A stretch of DNA of 64,000 nucleotides from an uncultured Enterobacteriaceae bacterium (GTDB lineage Bacteria > Pseudomonadota > Gammaproteobacteria > Burkholderiales > SG8-39). The position numbers and the translations under genes are program-made. The stretch is taken from the NCBI GenBank assembly GCA_964461055.1, contig CAYWSG010000004.1, forward strand, positions 32,792-96,791, in the 5' to 3' direction. The notes beneath the pieces were generated by a model that was given only the letters and a program-made list of their open reading frames with translations, was not told where the DNA came from and did no database searches. Positions 8,287-16,359 of this stretch are shown here, piece by piece (position 1 is the first letter of the stretch; every line of letters starts with the position of its first letter).

Positions 8287-10076
8287 CACGCCACCCACGG
8301 CTTGCCGAAGACGGGTTCCTTGTACGGCGTCGGCGGCAGCTGCCAGGTGCCGGTCGAGGGCGGCCTCACTTCCGCGTCGACGTGCACGTCGAGGACGCAC
8401 GGCCGCTTGTTGCGGATCGCCTGCTCGAGCGCGCCGGCAAGGTCCTCGCTCTTCGCGATGGTGACGCCGTCGGCGCCACAGGCGCGCGCCCAGGCGGCGA
8501 AATCGGGGTTGTACGGCTTTTTCATGTCTTTCCCATAGAAGGCGGTGCCGAGCTCGCGGCCGCCGAACATGCCGATCTGGATGTCGCGGATCGCCGCCCA
8601 GCCGAAATTGTTCCAGATCACCCAGACGCACGGCAGATCGTATTCCACCGCGGTGGCGACCACGTAGGGCGTCATCGAGAAGCCGCCATCGCCGCATACG
8701 GAGATGCAGGGCCGCTCCGGCGCCGCGAGCTGCGCCCCCATGACGCTGCACACACCGAAGCCCATCGACGAGTAGCCCCAGCTGTTCAGCATGCTCTGCG
8801 CTCGACGGGGGCGCCAGAACTGCATGAACCAGTTGTGATGCACGCCCGAGTCGCAGGTGAGAATCGCATCGTCGGGCAGCACCTTCTGCATCGCATCCAC
8901 GACATACTCCGGCCGCAGCGGGCTGGTGCGCCTGGAGAAATTGGGGCGCACGAACGCATCCCACTCCTTCTGCCAGGCGGCGATCTCCGCGCGCCACTCC
9001 GAGAACTGGCGCCTGAGCGGCACCGCGCCGGCCTGCTCGCGCCGACCGAGCGCTGCCAGGAGCTGCGCAGCAAACACCTTGGCGTCGGCGATGATGCCGA
9101 CGGTCGGCGGATAGTTGCGGCCGAGCTCCTGCGGGTCGAGATCGACGTGCACGAGCCTCGTCTTCGGAAAATTCCACGAGTAGCCCGGATGCCAGCTGGA
9201 GGACGAGCGGTCGTCGAAGCGCGTGCCGATGGTGAGCACGAGGTCGGCATGGCGGCCCGCCTGGTTCGCCGGATAGGCGCCATTGCGGCCGATGAAGCCG
9301 AGCGTGAGCGGGTCGTCGGCCGGGACGCACCCCATGCCGTTCGGCGAAGTGATGACGGGAATGCCGTAGGTCTGCTGCAGCTCGGTGATCTCGGGCCCCG
9401 CCTCCGAGAGCGTCGCTCCGTGACCGATGAAGATGACGGGACGCATCGCATCGGCCAGCAGGGATACGACCGCCGAAAGATCGGCGTCGGAGGCGCCGGG
9501 GCGGTGCTGGCCCAGCACATGCGAGGCGGGCGGCACCTCGACATCGTCTTCCTCCTGGTAGACGTTGTAGGGAACGTCGATGTTGACCGGTCCCGGACGG
9601 CCCGTGACCATCGTGTCGAACGCCTGGCGCAACGCGAGCGGCAGCATGTCCACGCGCGTGGGCTGGAACGCCCGCTTCACGACCGGGCGCACGACCGAGG
9701 GGAAGTCGGCCTGGTTGTGCTTGTAGATCTCCTGGAAGGGCGCCCGGTTCATCTGCGAGGTCGGCACGTTGGAGGTGATGGCCAGGAACGCCGACGAGTC
9801 GGCAAGCGCGGTCGCCATCGCCATCACCAGGTTCGCCGAGCCCGGTCCGGTCGAAGTCAGCGTCGCCACCGGCTGGTGCTTCACGCGGAAGTAGCCGTCG
9901 GCCATGTGGCCGGCGCACTGCTCGTGGCGCGGGGAGACGAGCTTGAGCTTGTCGCGCACGGCGTGCAGGGGATCGAGGATCCCGACGTTGCCGTGGCCGC
10001 AGATGCCGAAAAGGTACGGCACCTTCTGCCGGATCAGATACTCGACGATGAGCTCGCCGCCTTTCATTCTCGCCAT
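8286..10076 (-). CDS. Thiamine-diphosphate-dependent enzyme, acetolactate synthase / glyoxylate carboligase family
   Basis: ATG 10076 with SD GGAAGGAAG. 596 aa. N-terminal PYR domain (GICGHGN...HEQCAGHMADGY) and ThDP motif GDGGFSM...NN. Confidence 0.9.
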   Translation of the reverse strand: MARMKGGELIVEYLIRQKVPYLFGICGHGNVGILDPLHAVRDKLKLVSPRHEQCAGHMADGYFRVKHQPVATLTSTGPGSANLVMAMATALADSSAFLAITSNVPTSQMNRAPFQEIYKHNQADFPSVVRPVVKRAFQPTRVDMLPLALRQAFDTMVTGRPGPVNIDVPYNVYQEEDDVEVPPASHVLGQHRPGASDADLSAVVSLLADAMRPVIFIGHGATLSEAGPEITELQQTYGIPVITSPNGMGCVPADDPLTLGFIGRNGAYPANQAGRHADLVLTIGTRFDDRSSSSWHPGYSWNFPKTRLVHVDLDPQELGRNYPPTVGIIADAKVFAAQLLAALGRREQAGAVPLRRQFSEWRAEIAAWQKEWDAFVRPNFSRRTSPLRPEYVVDAMQKVLPDDAILTCDSGVHHNWFMQFWRPRRAQSMLNSWGYSSMGFGVCSVMGAQLAAPERPCISVCGDGGFSMTPYVVATAVEYDLPCVWVIWNNFGWAAIRDIQIGMFGGRELGTAFYGKDMKKPYNPDFAAWARACGADGVTIAKSEDLAGALEQAIRNKRPCVLDVHVDAEVRPPSTGTWQLPPTPYKEPVFGKPWVA

Positions 10077-10186
10077 CTCTCGCTTCCTTCCGCCTTGTTG
10101 CGCTTCGCGGCCGAAGCCGCGCCGCGGTGAACGCATCGTCGAGGCGCCGGGTAAAGATACCGCAGGCCGGACCGCAGTCGTGGAAT

Positions 10187-10576
10187 TCACTCGAGCGGGA
10201 CGTCGTCGGCTGGCGAGGTGACCACCAGGAACACCAGGCCGCCAAGTCCCGTGTTCGTGAAGCTGTGGCGCACCCCCGGCGGCACGTAGACGTAGTCGTG
10301 CGGACGCATGAGGTGGCTTTCGTCGTTCAGCGTGAGGATGCCCTCGCCTTCCAGCACGTAGTAGATCTGCTCCTGGACCTCGTGGACGTGCTCCTGCACG
10401 TAGGCCATGGGCGCATACCGGGAAATGCGGAAATCGAGAAGCCTCGAGCCGGAGTTCTCCGGTCCCACCAGCGCCTTCGACAGCGCGCCGCCGAAATGGC
10501 CGGGGAACTCCTGCCAGGCGATGCGCGCCATGGCCTCGACGAACGCGGTCTCCCGCCGCTTCCGTGGTTTCTCCAT
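10187..10576 (-). CDS. Cupin domain protein
   Basis: 129 aa. Cupin motifs HVHEVQEQIYYVLEGEG and YVPPGVRHSFTNTG. Confidence 0.8.
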   Translation of the reverse strand: MEKPRKRRETAFVEAMARIAWQEFPGHFGGALSKALVGPENSGSRLLDFRISRYAPMAYVQEHVHEVQEQIYYVLEGEGILTLNDESHLMRPHDYVYVPPGVRHSFTNTGLGGLVFLVVTSPADDVPLE

Positions 10577-10597
10577 CGGATGCTCCTTTCAGGCTGT

Positions 10598-10765
10598 TCA
10601 GAACTGGTAGCGCCGCAGGCCGCCATCCACCGGAATGACGGCCCCGGTGATGTGGCGCGCAAGCGGCGAAGCGAGAAAGCACACGAGGCTGGCGATGTCG
10701 CCTCGTCCGATGCCCGCCGAAGCGCCCGTCACGAGCGCCGTCTTCCCCGCAATCGAAAGGTCCAT
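10598..10765 (-). pseudogene. SDR remnant with a large internal in-frame deletion (55 codons)
   Basis: MDLSIAGKTALVTGASAGIGR (SDR N-terminus with Gly-rich loop) is joined directly to GDIASLVCFLASPLARHITGAVIPVDGG (SDR C-terminal strand). The catalytic core is absent. Confidence 0.6.
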
Positions 10766-10832
10766 TGGGCCAAGCCAGCAAATGATGGGAACGGGCGAAT
10801 GGTGCATCGAAGGCCGCCGCGCTTCCAATAGA

Positions 10833-10859
10833 ATTTCTCCTTCCAGCATTTCTCCTTCC
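10833..10859. promoter_or_regulatory. 12-bp perfect direct repeat ATTTCTCCTTCC x2 (period 15) in a divergent promoter region
   Basis: Copies at 10833..10844 and 10848..10859, read directly. Followed by TTCCGGAA and the SD of the VOC gene. Confidence 0.3.
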
Positions 10860-10874
10860 GGAAGCGGAGGACCC

Positions 10875-11465
10875 ATGCCGCGAGGCGTCGTTGATCTTGA
10901 CGGATTGAGAAGCCCGGAAGCCGAGGCGCTGCGCCGGGCGGCGCCGCCGCCGGGGCTGCCCTTCGCCGTGCGCAAGCTCGGTCACGTCGTGCTGAAGGTG
11001 AAGGACCTGCAGCGCTCGCTCGACTTCTATGTCGGCCTGCTCGGGTTTCGCGTCTCCGACGTCTATCCGGACACCATGATGAAGGGCGGCATGGTGTTCC
11101 TGCGCTGCAACACCGACCACCATTGCCTCGCGCTCGTGGGCGGCGCGAAAGAGGAAGGCGCCGCCCGCGAGCTTCACCATCTCGCCTTCGAGCTCGCCAC
11201 GCTCGAGGAGCTCGTACGCGCGCGCGACCACCTGCGCCGGCACGGCGTGACAATCGACTACGAGGGGCGGCGGCGCGCCGGGTGCCAGATCGCGGTGGAA
11301 TTCCGCGATCCGGACAACCACTTTCTCGAGCTCTACTGGGGCCTCGACCAGGTCGGCAGCGACCACCGCGTGCGCCCGCCGGAGGAGTGGCGCGAGGAGG
11401 CTTCGCTCGAGGACGCGATCGCCCATCCGCCGCCTGGTCAGGACACCAAGCTTCACGGTCGATGA
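10875..11465 (+). CDS. VOC (glyoxalase / extradiol dioxygenase) family protein
   Basis: ATG 10875 after SD GGAGG. LGHVVLKVKDLQRSLDFYVGLLGF... and HHLAFE, FRDPDNHFLEL motifs. Confidence 0.8.
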   Translation: MPRGVVDLDGLRSPEAEALRRAAPPPGLPFAVRKLGHVVLKVKDLQRSLDFYVGLLGFRVSDVYPDTMMKGGMVFLRCNTDHHCLALVGGAKEEGAARELHHLAFELATLEELVRARDHLRRHGVTIDYEGRRRAGCQIAVEFRDPDNHFLELYWGLDQVGSDHRVRPPEEWREEASLEDAIAHPPPGQDTKLHGR

Positions 11466-11520
11466 GCCGGTTTCTCTGCAGGCGTAGCCAACTCCCGGCC
11501 GGGCGAATACCTTCGGGATC

Positions 11521-12738
11521 ATGAAGAAGGCCCGCAACGCAGTACCCGTCGTCGTGGCCGGCGGCGGCATCGGCGGCCTTGCCGCCGCCCTCGCGCTGGC
11601 GCGCAAGGGCTTCCGCTCCGTCGTGCTCGAGCAGGCGCGCGAGTTCGGCGAGATCGGCGCAGGCATCCAGCTCGCGCCCAACGCCTGGCACGCGATCGAC
11701 GCGCTCGGCGTAGGGGAGCTCGTCAAAAAGGAGGCCGTGTTCATCGAGCACGTGCTCCTCATGGACGGGGTGACGGGCGAGACCGTGATCGACATTCCGC
11801 TCGACGAGCGCTTCGCCCGGCGCTTCGGCAACCCCTACGCGGTCACGCACCGCGCCGACATCCACGGCTCGCTCCTCGACGGCTGCCGCGCAAGCGGGCT
11901 CATCGAGCTGCGATCCAATACAAGGGTGCTCGGCTTTTCGCAGGATGAAGGGGGCGTAAAGGTCAGGACGCAAAGCGGCGAGACGCTCGAGGCCGTGGCG
12001 CTCGTCGGCGCGGACGGCGGGCGCAGCATCGTGCGAGAGGCGATCGTCGGCGACGGCGAGCCGCCCGCCTCCGGGCACATGTGCTATCGCGCCGTCCTGA
12101 AGACCGAGGAGATGCCCGAGGACCTGCGCTGGGCCTCCGCGACGCTGTGGGCGGGCACCAACACGCACATCGTCCACTATCCGCTTCGCGGCTGGAAGCT
12201 CTTCAATCTCGTGGCGACGGTCGTGCGCCCCGAAGCGCTCGACGCGAGCGGCCACAACGAGGAAGCGCCGCCCGAAGAAGTGCTGCCGCTCTTCGCGCAC
12301 AACTGCGAGAAGATCCTGGCGCTCTTGCGCGTGCCGGGAAGCTTCAAGCGCTGGATGCTGCACTTCCGCGAGCCGGTGGAGCGCTGGACCGAGGGCCGCG
12401 TCGCGCTCCTTGGCGACGCCGCCCACCTGATGCTCCAGTACCTGGCGCAGGGCGCGGCGACGGCGCTCGAGGACGCCGTGTGCCTCGGCGCCTGCGCCGA
12501 TGCCGCCGACGGCGATTTCGCGAAGGCTTTCGCTGAGTACCACGCCGCCCGCCTCGTGCGCGCCTCGCGCGTGCAGATGTCGGCCAAGCTCCTGGGAATG
12601 GTCTTCCACGCGGCCGACGGCGTGCCCCGGCTCGTCAGAAACAGCATCTATCAGGGCCGGTCCGCCGAGCGCTACTACGACGCGCTCGAGTGGCTCTTCA
12701 TGCCGCCCGACTACGTTCGCCACTTCCAGAAGAAGTAG
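11521..12738 (+). CDS. FAD-dependent aromatic monooxygenase, 3-hydroxybenzoate 6-hydroxylase / salicylate hydroxylase family
   Basis: GGGIGGLAAALAL, ADGGRS and GDAAHLMLQYLAQGAATALEDA motifs. YAVTHRADIH and HYPLRG resemble 3-hydroxybenzoate 6-hydroxylases. Confidence 0.85.
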   Translation: MKKARNAVPVVVAGGGIGGLAAALALARKGFRSVVLEQAREFGEIGAGIQLAPNAWHAIDALGVGELVKKEAVFIEHVLLMDGVTGETVIDIPLDERFARRFGNPYAVTHRADIHGSLLDGCRASGLIELRSNTRVLGFSQDEGGVKVRTQSGETLEAVALVGADGGRSIVREAIVGDGEPPASGHMCYRAVLKTEEMPEDLRWASATLWAGTNTHIVHYPLRGWKLFNLVATVVRPEALDASGHNEEAPPEEVLPLFAHNCEKILALLRVPGSFKRWMLHFREPVERWTEGRVALLGDAAHLMLQYLAQGAATALEDAVCLGACADAADGDFAKAFAEYHAARLVRASRVQMSAKLLGMVFHAADGVPRLVRNSIYQGRSAERYYDALEWLFMPPDYVRHFQKK

Positions 12739-12766
12739 GCAGAAGCGAGGGCTGTCCCCGATCGCC

Positions 12767-13909
12767 CTACTTCGCGACGAGATCGGCGGTGATCTCTTCG
12801 GATGAGCGCACGCCGCAGAGCTTCATGGCGCGCTCGTATTCGCCTGAGAGGATCTCGAGCGCACGCGCCGCGCCCGCTTCGCCGCCCGCCATGACGCCGA
12901 AGAGCGTCGCCCGCCCGACGAGCACCGCCTGAGCGCCCAGCGCGCGCGCCTTGAGGATGTCCACGCCGCGGCGCACGCCGCCGTCGAGAAGGACGGTCAT
13001 CCGCTCGCCCACTGCGCGCACGATGGCGGGCAGCGCATCGAGCGAAGCGACCGCGCCGTCGAGCTGGCGCCCGCCATGGTTCGAGACGACGACGCCGTCG
13101 CAACCGATGGCCGCCGCGCGCTCGGCATCGTCGGCCCGCGCGACGCCCTTGACGAGGAGCTTGCGCGGCCAGAGCTCGCGCAGGCGCTTCAGGTATTCCC
13201 AGTCCACGGAGGCGTCCATCTCGCGACCGACCGCGGTGGCAATGTCGGTGACCGCAGTGCTCGAGAACTTGTAGCCCTCGAAGTTCGCCATCTGCGGCAG
13301 CCCGGCGCGCAGGATGTCGAGGAGCCACGCGGGCTTGCGCCAGATGTCGTGCGAATTGCGCAGGCCCGGCCGATACGGCGTGACGAAGCCGTTGCGCGGA
13401 TCGCGCTCGCGCTTGCCGGAGACGGCGAGGTCCACGGTGACGAGAAGCGCCTCGTAGCCCGCATCGCGGGCGCGCGCGACGAGCTTCTCGCGAAACGCCT
13501 GGTCGCGCACGAGGTAGAGCTGGAACCAGCGCCGGCCGCCGACCTCGGCGACGGCCTCGATGCTCGCCGTGCCGGGCGTGGCGAGGGTGAAGGGAATGCC
13601 GGCGGCCTTGGCCGCCCGCGCGAGGGCGAGGTCGGCCCCGGGGCGGCCGGCGCCGATGCCGCCGGTCGGCCCGATGGCGAGGGGCAGGCTCGTCGCCTGG
13701 CCGAAGAGCGTCGTTCGCATGTCGACCTGCGCGACGTCGACGAGCACGCGGGGGAGCAGCCGCACGCGCTCGAAGGCAAGGCGGTTGTCGCGCAACGTCA
13801 CCTCGTCCTCGGCGCCGCCGTCGAAGAAGTCGAAGATGGCGCGGGGCAGCCGCCGCCGCGCCATGGCGCGCAGGTCCTCGATGTTGATCGCCTTCGCCAG
13901 CTTGCCCAT
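12767..13909 (-). CDS. FMN-dependent alpha-hydroxy acid dehydrogenase/oxidase (LldD / mandelate dehydrogenase family)
   Basis: 380 aa. N-terminus ...IEDLRAMARRRLPRAIFDFFDGGAEDEVTLRDN..AF and VVSNHGGRQLD active-site motif. Confidence 0.9.
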   Translation of the reverse strand: MGKLAKAINIEDLRAMARRRLPRAIFDFFDGGAEDEVTLRDNRLAFERVRLLPRVLVDVAQVDMRTTLFGQATSLPLAIGPTGGIGAGRPGADLALARAAKAAGIPFTLATPGTASIEAVAEVGGRRWFQLYLVRDQAFREKLVARARDAGYEALLVTVDLAVSGKRERDPRNGFVTPYRPGLRNSHDIWRKPAWLLDILRAGLPQMANFEGYKFSSTAVTDIATAVGREMDASVDWEYLKRLRELWPRKLLVKGVARADDAERAAAIGCDGVVVSNHGGRQLDGAVASLDALPAIVRAVGERMTVLLDGGVRRGVDILKARALGAQAVLVGRATLFGVMAGGEAGAARALEILSGEYERAMKLCGVRSSEEITADLVAK

Positions 13910-13977
13910 GATCCTCGCCCCTCGTTCTTCGGCGCCTATAATCGGGATTGCACTCTACCCGAAACGAGCCCCTTTCC

Positions 13978-14916
13978 ATGAAGCCCGCCCACGCCAAAGT
14001 GAAGCGCATCGAAGGCGTCCTCTCGCCCGTCGTCACGCCGTTCAAGCCGGACTATTCCCCGGATGCCGGACGCTTCGTGCGCCACTGCCGCTGGCTGCTG
14101 AAGAGCGGCTGCGCGGGCCTCGCGGTCTTCGGCACGAACAGCGAGGCGAACTCGATGTCGGTGGCCGAGAAGCGCGCGCTCCTCGAGGCGCTCGTAGCCG
14201 GCGGGGTGCCGGCGTCCGCGCTCATGCCGGGGACCGGCCACTGCGCGCTTCCGGACTCGATCGAGCTCACCCGCGCGGCGGTCGAGATCGGCTGCGCCGG
14301 CGTCCTGATGCTGCCGCCCTTCTACTACAAGGGCGTCTCCGACGAGGGCCTCTACCGCAACTTCGCCGAGGTGATCGAGCGGGTGGGCGACGAGCGCCTG
14401 CAGCTCTACCTCTACCACATCCCGCCGGTGTCCCAGGTGCCCATCACCCTGTCGCTCATCGAGCGGCTGCTCTCCAAGTACCCCGGCATCGTCGCCGGCG
14501 TGAAGGACTCCTCCGGCGACTGGTCCAACACCAAGGCGATGCTCGACGCCTTCTCGAAGGACGGCTTCGACGTGTTCGCCGGCAGCGAGGAGTTCCTGCT
14601 TGCGAACCTCCGCCACGGCGGCAAGGGCTGCATCACCGCCACGGGCAACGTGAACCCGGGCGCCATCGACAATGTCTTTCGAAACTGGCGCTCGGCGGAC
14701 GCCGACAAGCTGCAGGCGGGCATCACCGCGACGCGCAAGATCATGCAGAAGCAGCCGATGATCCCCGCACTGAAGGCAACCATCGCGCACTTCGGCAACG
14801 ACGCCGGCTGGAAAAAGGTGCGCCCGCCGCTCGTCGAGCTTGACGCCGCGCAGGAAGAGCAACTGATCCGCGAGCTGAAGGCGAACGGCTTCGCCATGCC
14901 GGGGCTCGCCGCCTGA
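13978..14916 (+). CDS. Dihydrodipicolinate synthase / N-acetylneuraminate lyase family (class I aldolase-type) protein
   Basis: GVLSPVVTPF, GTNSE, YYK and GVKDSSG motifs. ATG 13978 is preferred over TTG 13948. Confidence 0.85.
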   Translation: MKPAHAKVKRIEGVLSPVVTPFKPDYSPDAGRFVRHCRWLLKSGCAGLAVFGTNSEANSMSVAEKRALLEALVAGGVPASALMPGTGHCALPDSIELTRAAVEIGCAGVLMLPPFYYKGVSDEGLYRNFAEVIERVGDERLQLYLYHIPPVSQVPITLSLIERLLSKYPGIVAGVKDSSGDWSNTKAMLDAFSKDGFDVFAGSEEFLLANLRHGGKGCITATGNVNPGAIDNVFRNWRSADADKLQAGITATRKIMQKQPMIPALKATIAHFGNDAGWKKVRPPLVELDAAQEEQLIRELKANGFAMPGLAA

Positions 14917-15623
14917 GCGCCGGCGCGGCTCACGGGACTGCGCTCGTCACCGGCGCGGGCCGGGGCATCGGCCTTGCGACGGCCCGGCGCTACCTGGAGG
15001 CCGGCTGGCGGGTGCTCGCGCTCGACAAGGACTTCTCCGCCTGCACGCTCGGCCCCGGGGCCGAGCGCGTCGCGTTCGACCTGCGCAAGCTGGGCGCGAT
15101 CCCGAAGCTCGTCGCCGGCCTCGGCCCGATCGACGTGCTCGTCAACAACGCGGGCGTGCTGTATTGCCATGCGCCCGACGCCTTTCCCGAGGACGACGTG
15201 CTGGAGATCCTGACGGTCAACCTGCGCGCGCCGGTGGCGCTCATCGAGGCGGTCGCGCCGGGCATGCGCGCGCGCCGCGCCGGGCGCATCGTCAACGTGG
15301 CTTCCGTCGCCGCCTTCACCGGGCATCCGGATCTCTGGTATGGCGCCACGAAAGCCGCGCTCCTCAACATCACCAAGAGCTACGCGGGCTACCTGGGGCG
15401 CGACGGCATCCTGGTCAACGCGGTCGCGCCCGGGCCGACGCTCACCGCCATGTACGAGCAGCTGCCGCAATCGCGAAAGGACGCGGTCATGCGCTCGGTG
15501 GTGTCCGGCCGGCCGTGCCAGCCGGAGGAAGTGGCCGAGGCCGTCTTCTGGCTCGGCACCGCGAGCCCCGAGTACGTGAGCGGCGCCACCATGGACGTCA
15601 ACAACGGCTCGTACCCTCGCTAG
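14913..15623 (+). CDS. Short-chain dehydrogenase/reductase; probable CTG start
   Basis: The ORF track starts at GTG 15012, but the in-frame upstream sequence encodes the essential TALVTGAGRGIG loop. The only start-like codon between the in-frame stop (14841) and that loop is CTG 14913. NNAG and Y..TK motifs are present. Confidence 0.75.
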   Translation: MSAGAAHGTALVTGAGRGIGLATARRYLEAGWRVLALDKDFSACTLGPGAERVAFDLRKLGAIPKLVAGLGPIDVLVNNAGVLYCHAPDAFPEDDVLEILTVNLRAPVALIEAVAPGMRARRAGRIVNVASVAAFTGHPDLWYGATKAALLNITKSYAGYLGRDGILVNAVAPGPTLTAMYEQLPQSRKDAVMRSVVSGRPCQPEEVAEAVFWLGTASPEYVSGATMDVNNGSYPR

Positions 15624-15624
15624 C

Positions 15625-16311
15625 ATGAAGACCGCCCTGGTAACCGGGGCCGCGCGCGGCATCGGCCGCGCAACGGCCGTCGCGCTGGCTGCGGCCGGCG
15701 TGCGCGTCTACGCCCTCGACCGCGACTTCCCCGAGCCGCTGCCGGGCGTGGAGACGCTCGTCCACGACCTCATGGACCTCGGCGGCCTCGCGCCGCTCGT
15801 CGCTTCGCTCGGCGCCCTCGACGTGCTGGTGAACAATGCCGGCGTCCAGCCGGCGCTGCCGATCGACCAGTACACGGACGAGGCGCGCAAGCGCGTGCTG
15901 CGCGTGAACCTCGAGGCGCCGGTCGAGCTCATCCGCGCGGCGAGCGGCCCGATGAAGGCGCGTCGCGCCGGGCGCATCATCAACCTCACTTCGGTGGCGG
16001 CCTATGGCGCGCATACCGACATCTGGTACGCCGTCACCAAGGCGGGGATCGTCAGCTTCACGCGCAGCTTCGCCGCCGCCCTCGGGCCGCATGGCATCCA
16101 GGTGAATGCCGTCGCGCCCGGTCCCGTCGACACCGAGCTCATGCGCAACGCCCAGCCCGAGCGCATCGCGCAGCTCATGAAGGCCGTCTACACCCGTCGC
16201 GCGGGTCGCCCCGACGAGATCGCCGAGGCGATCCGCTGGCTCGCCCTCGACGCGCCCGAGATCCTGAACGGCGCCGTCCTCGACATCACCGACGGGAGCT
16301 TCCTGCGCTAG
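15625..16311 (+). CDS. Short-chain dehydrogenase/reductase (tandem paralogue of the preceding gene)
   Basis: MKTALVTGAARGIG, NNAG, YAVTK and PGPVDT motifs. Starts 1 nt after the preceding stop. Confidence 0.9.
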   Translation: MKTALVTGAARGIGRATAVALAAAGVRVYALDRDFPEPLPGVETLVHDLMDLGGLAPLVASLGALDVLVNNAGVQPALPIDQYTDEARKRVLRVNLEAPVELIRAASGPMKARRAGRIINLTSVAAYGAHTDIWYAVTKAGIVSFTRSFAAALGPHGIQVNAVAPGPVDTELMRNAQPERIAQLMKAVYTRRAGRPDEIAEAIRWLALDAPEILNGAVLDITDGSFLR

Positions 16312-16359
16312 CGCTCGTCAGCGCTCCGACGATGTCACGACGGAAAGCAGAGCCGAAGA

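Noticed and set aside
8286-11831. 1181-aa ORF suggesting a giant fusion protein.
   Set aside because: Only the last 596 codons (from ATG 10076, with a strong SD) form the ThDP enzyme. The upstream part is low-complexity read-through that crosses the cupin gene, the SDR remnant and the plus-strand VOC gene. The same logic was applied to the N-terminal run-ons of ORFs 4638..6806, 7573..10245, 16360..18363, 17970..19019, 22420..24702, 24051..25931, 27471..29087 and 36820..38154.
13937-13942. Perfect TATAAT hexamer in the divergent spacer upstream of the DapA-like gene.
   Set aside because: No acceptable -35 lies at 16-19 bp (the sequence there is ctcgcc), so I do not report it as a promoter feature. 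It could still be an extended -10 or activator-dependent promoter.
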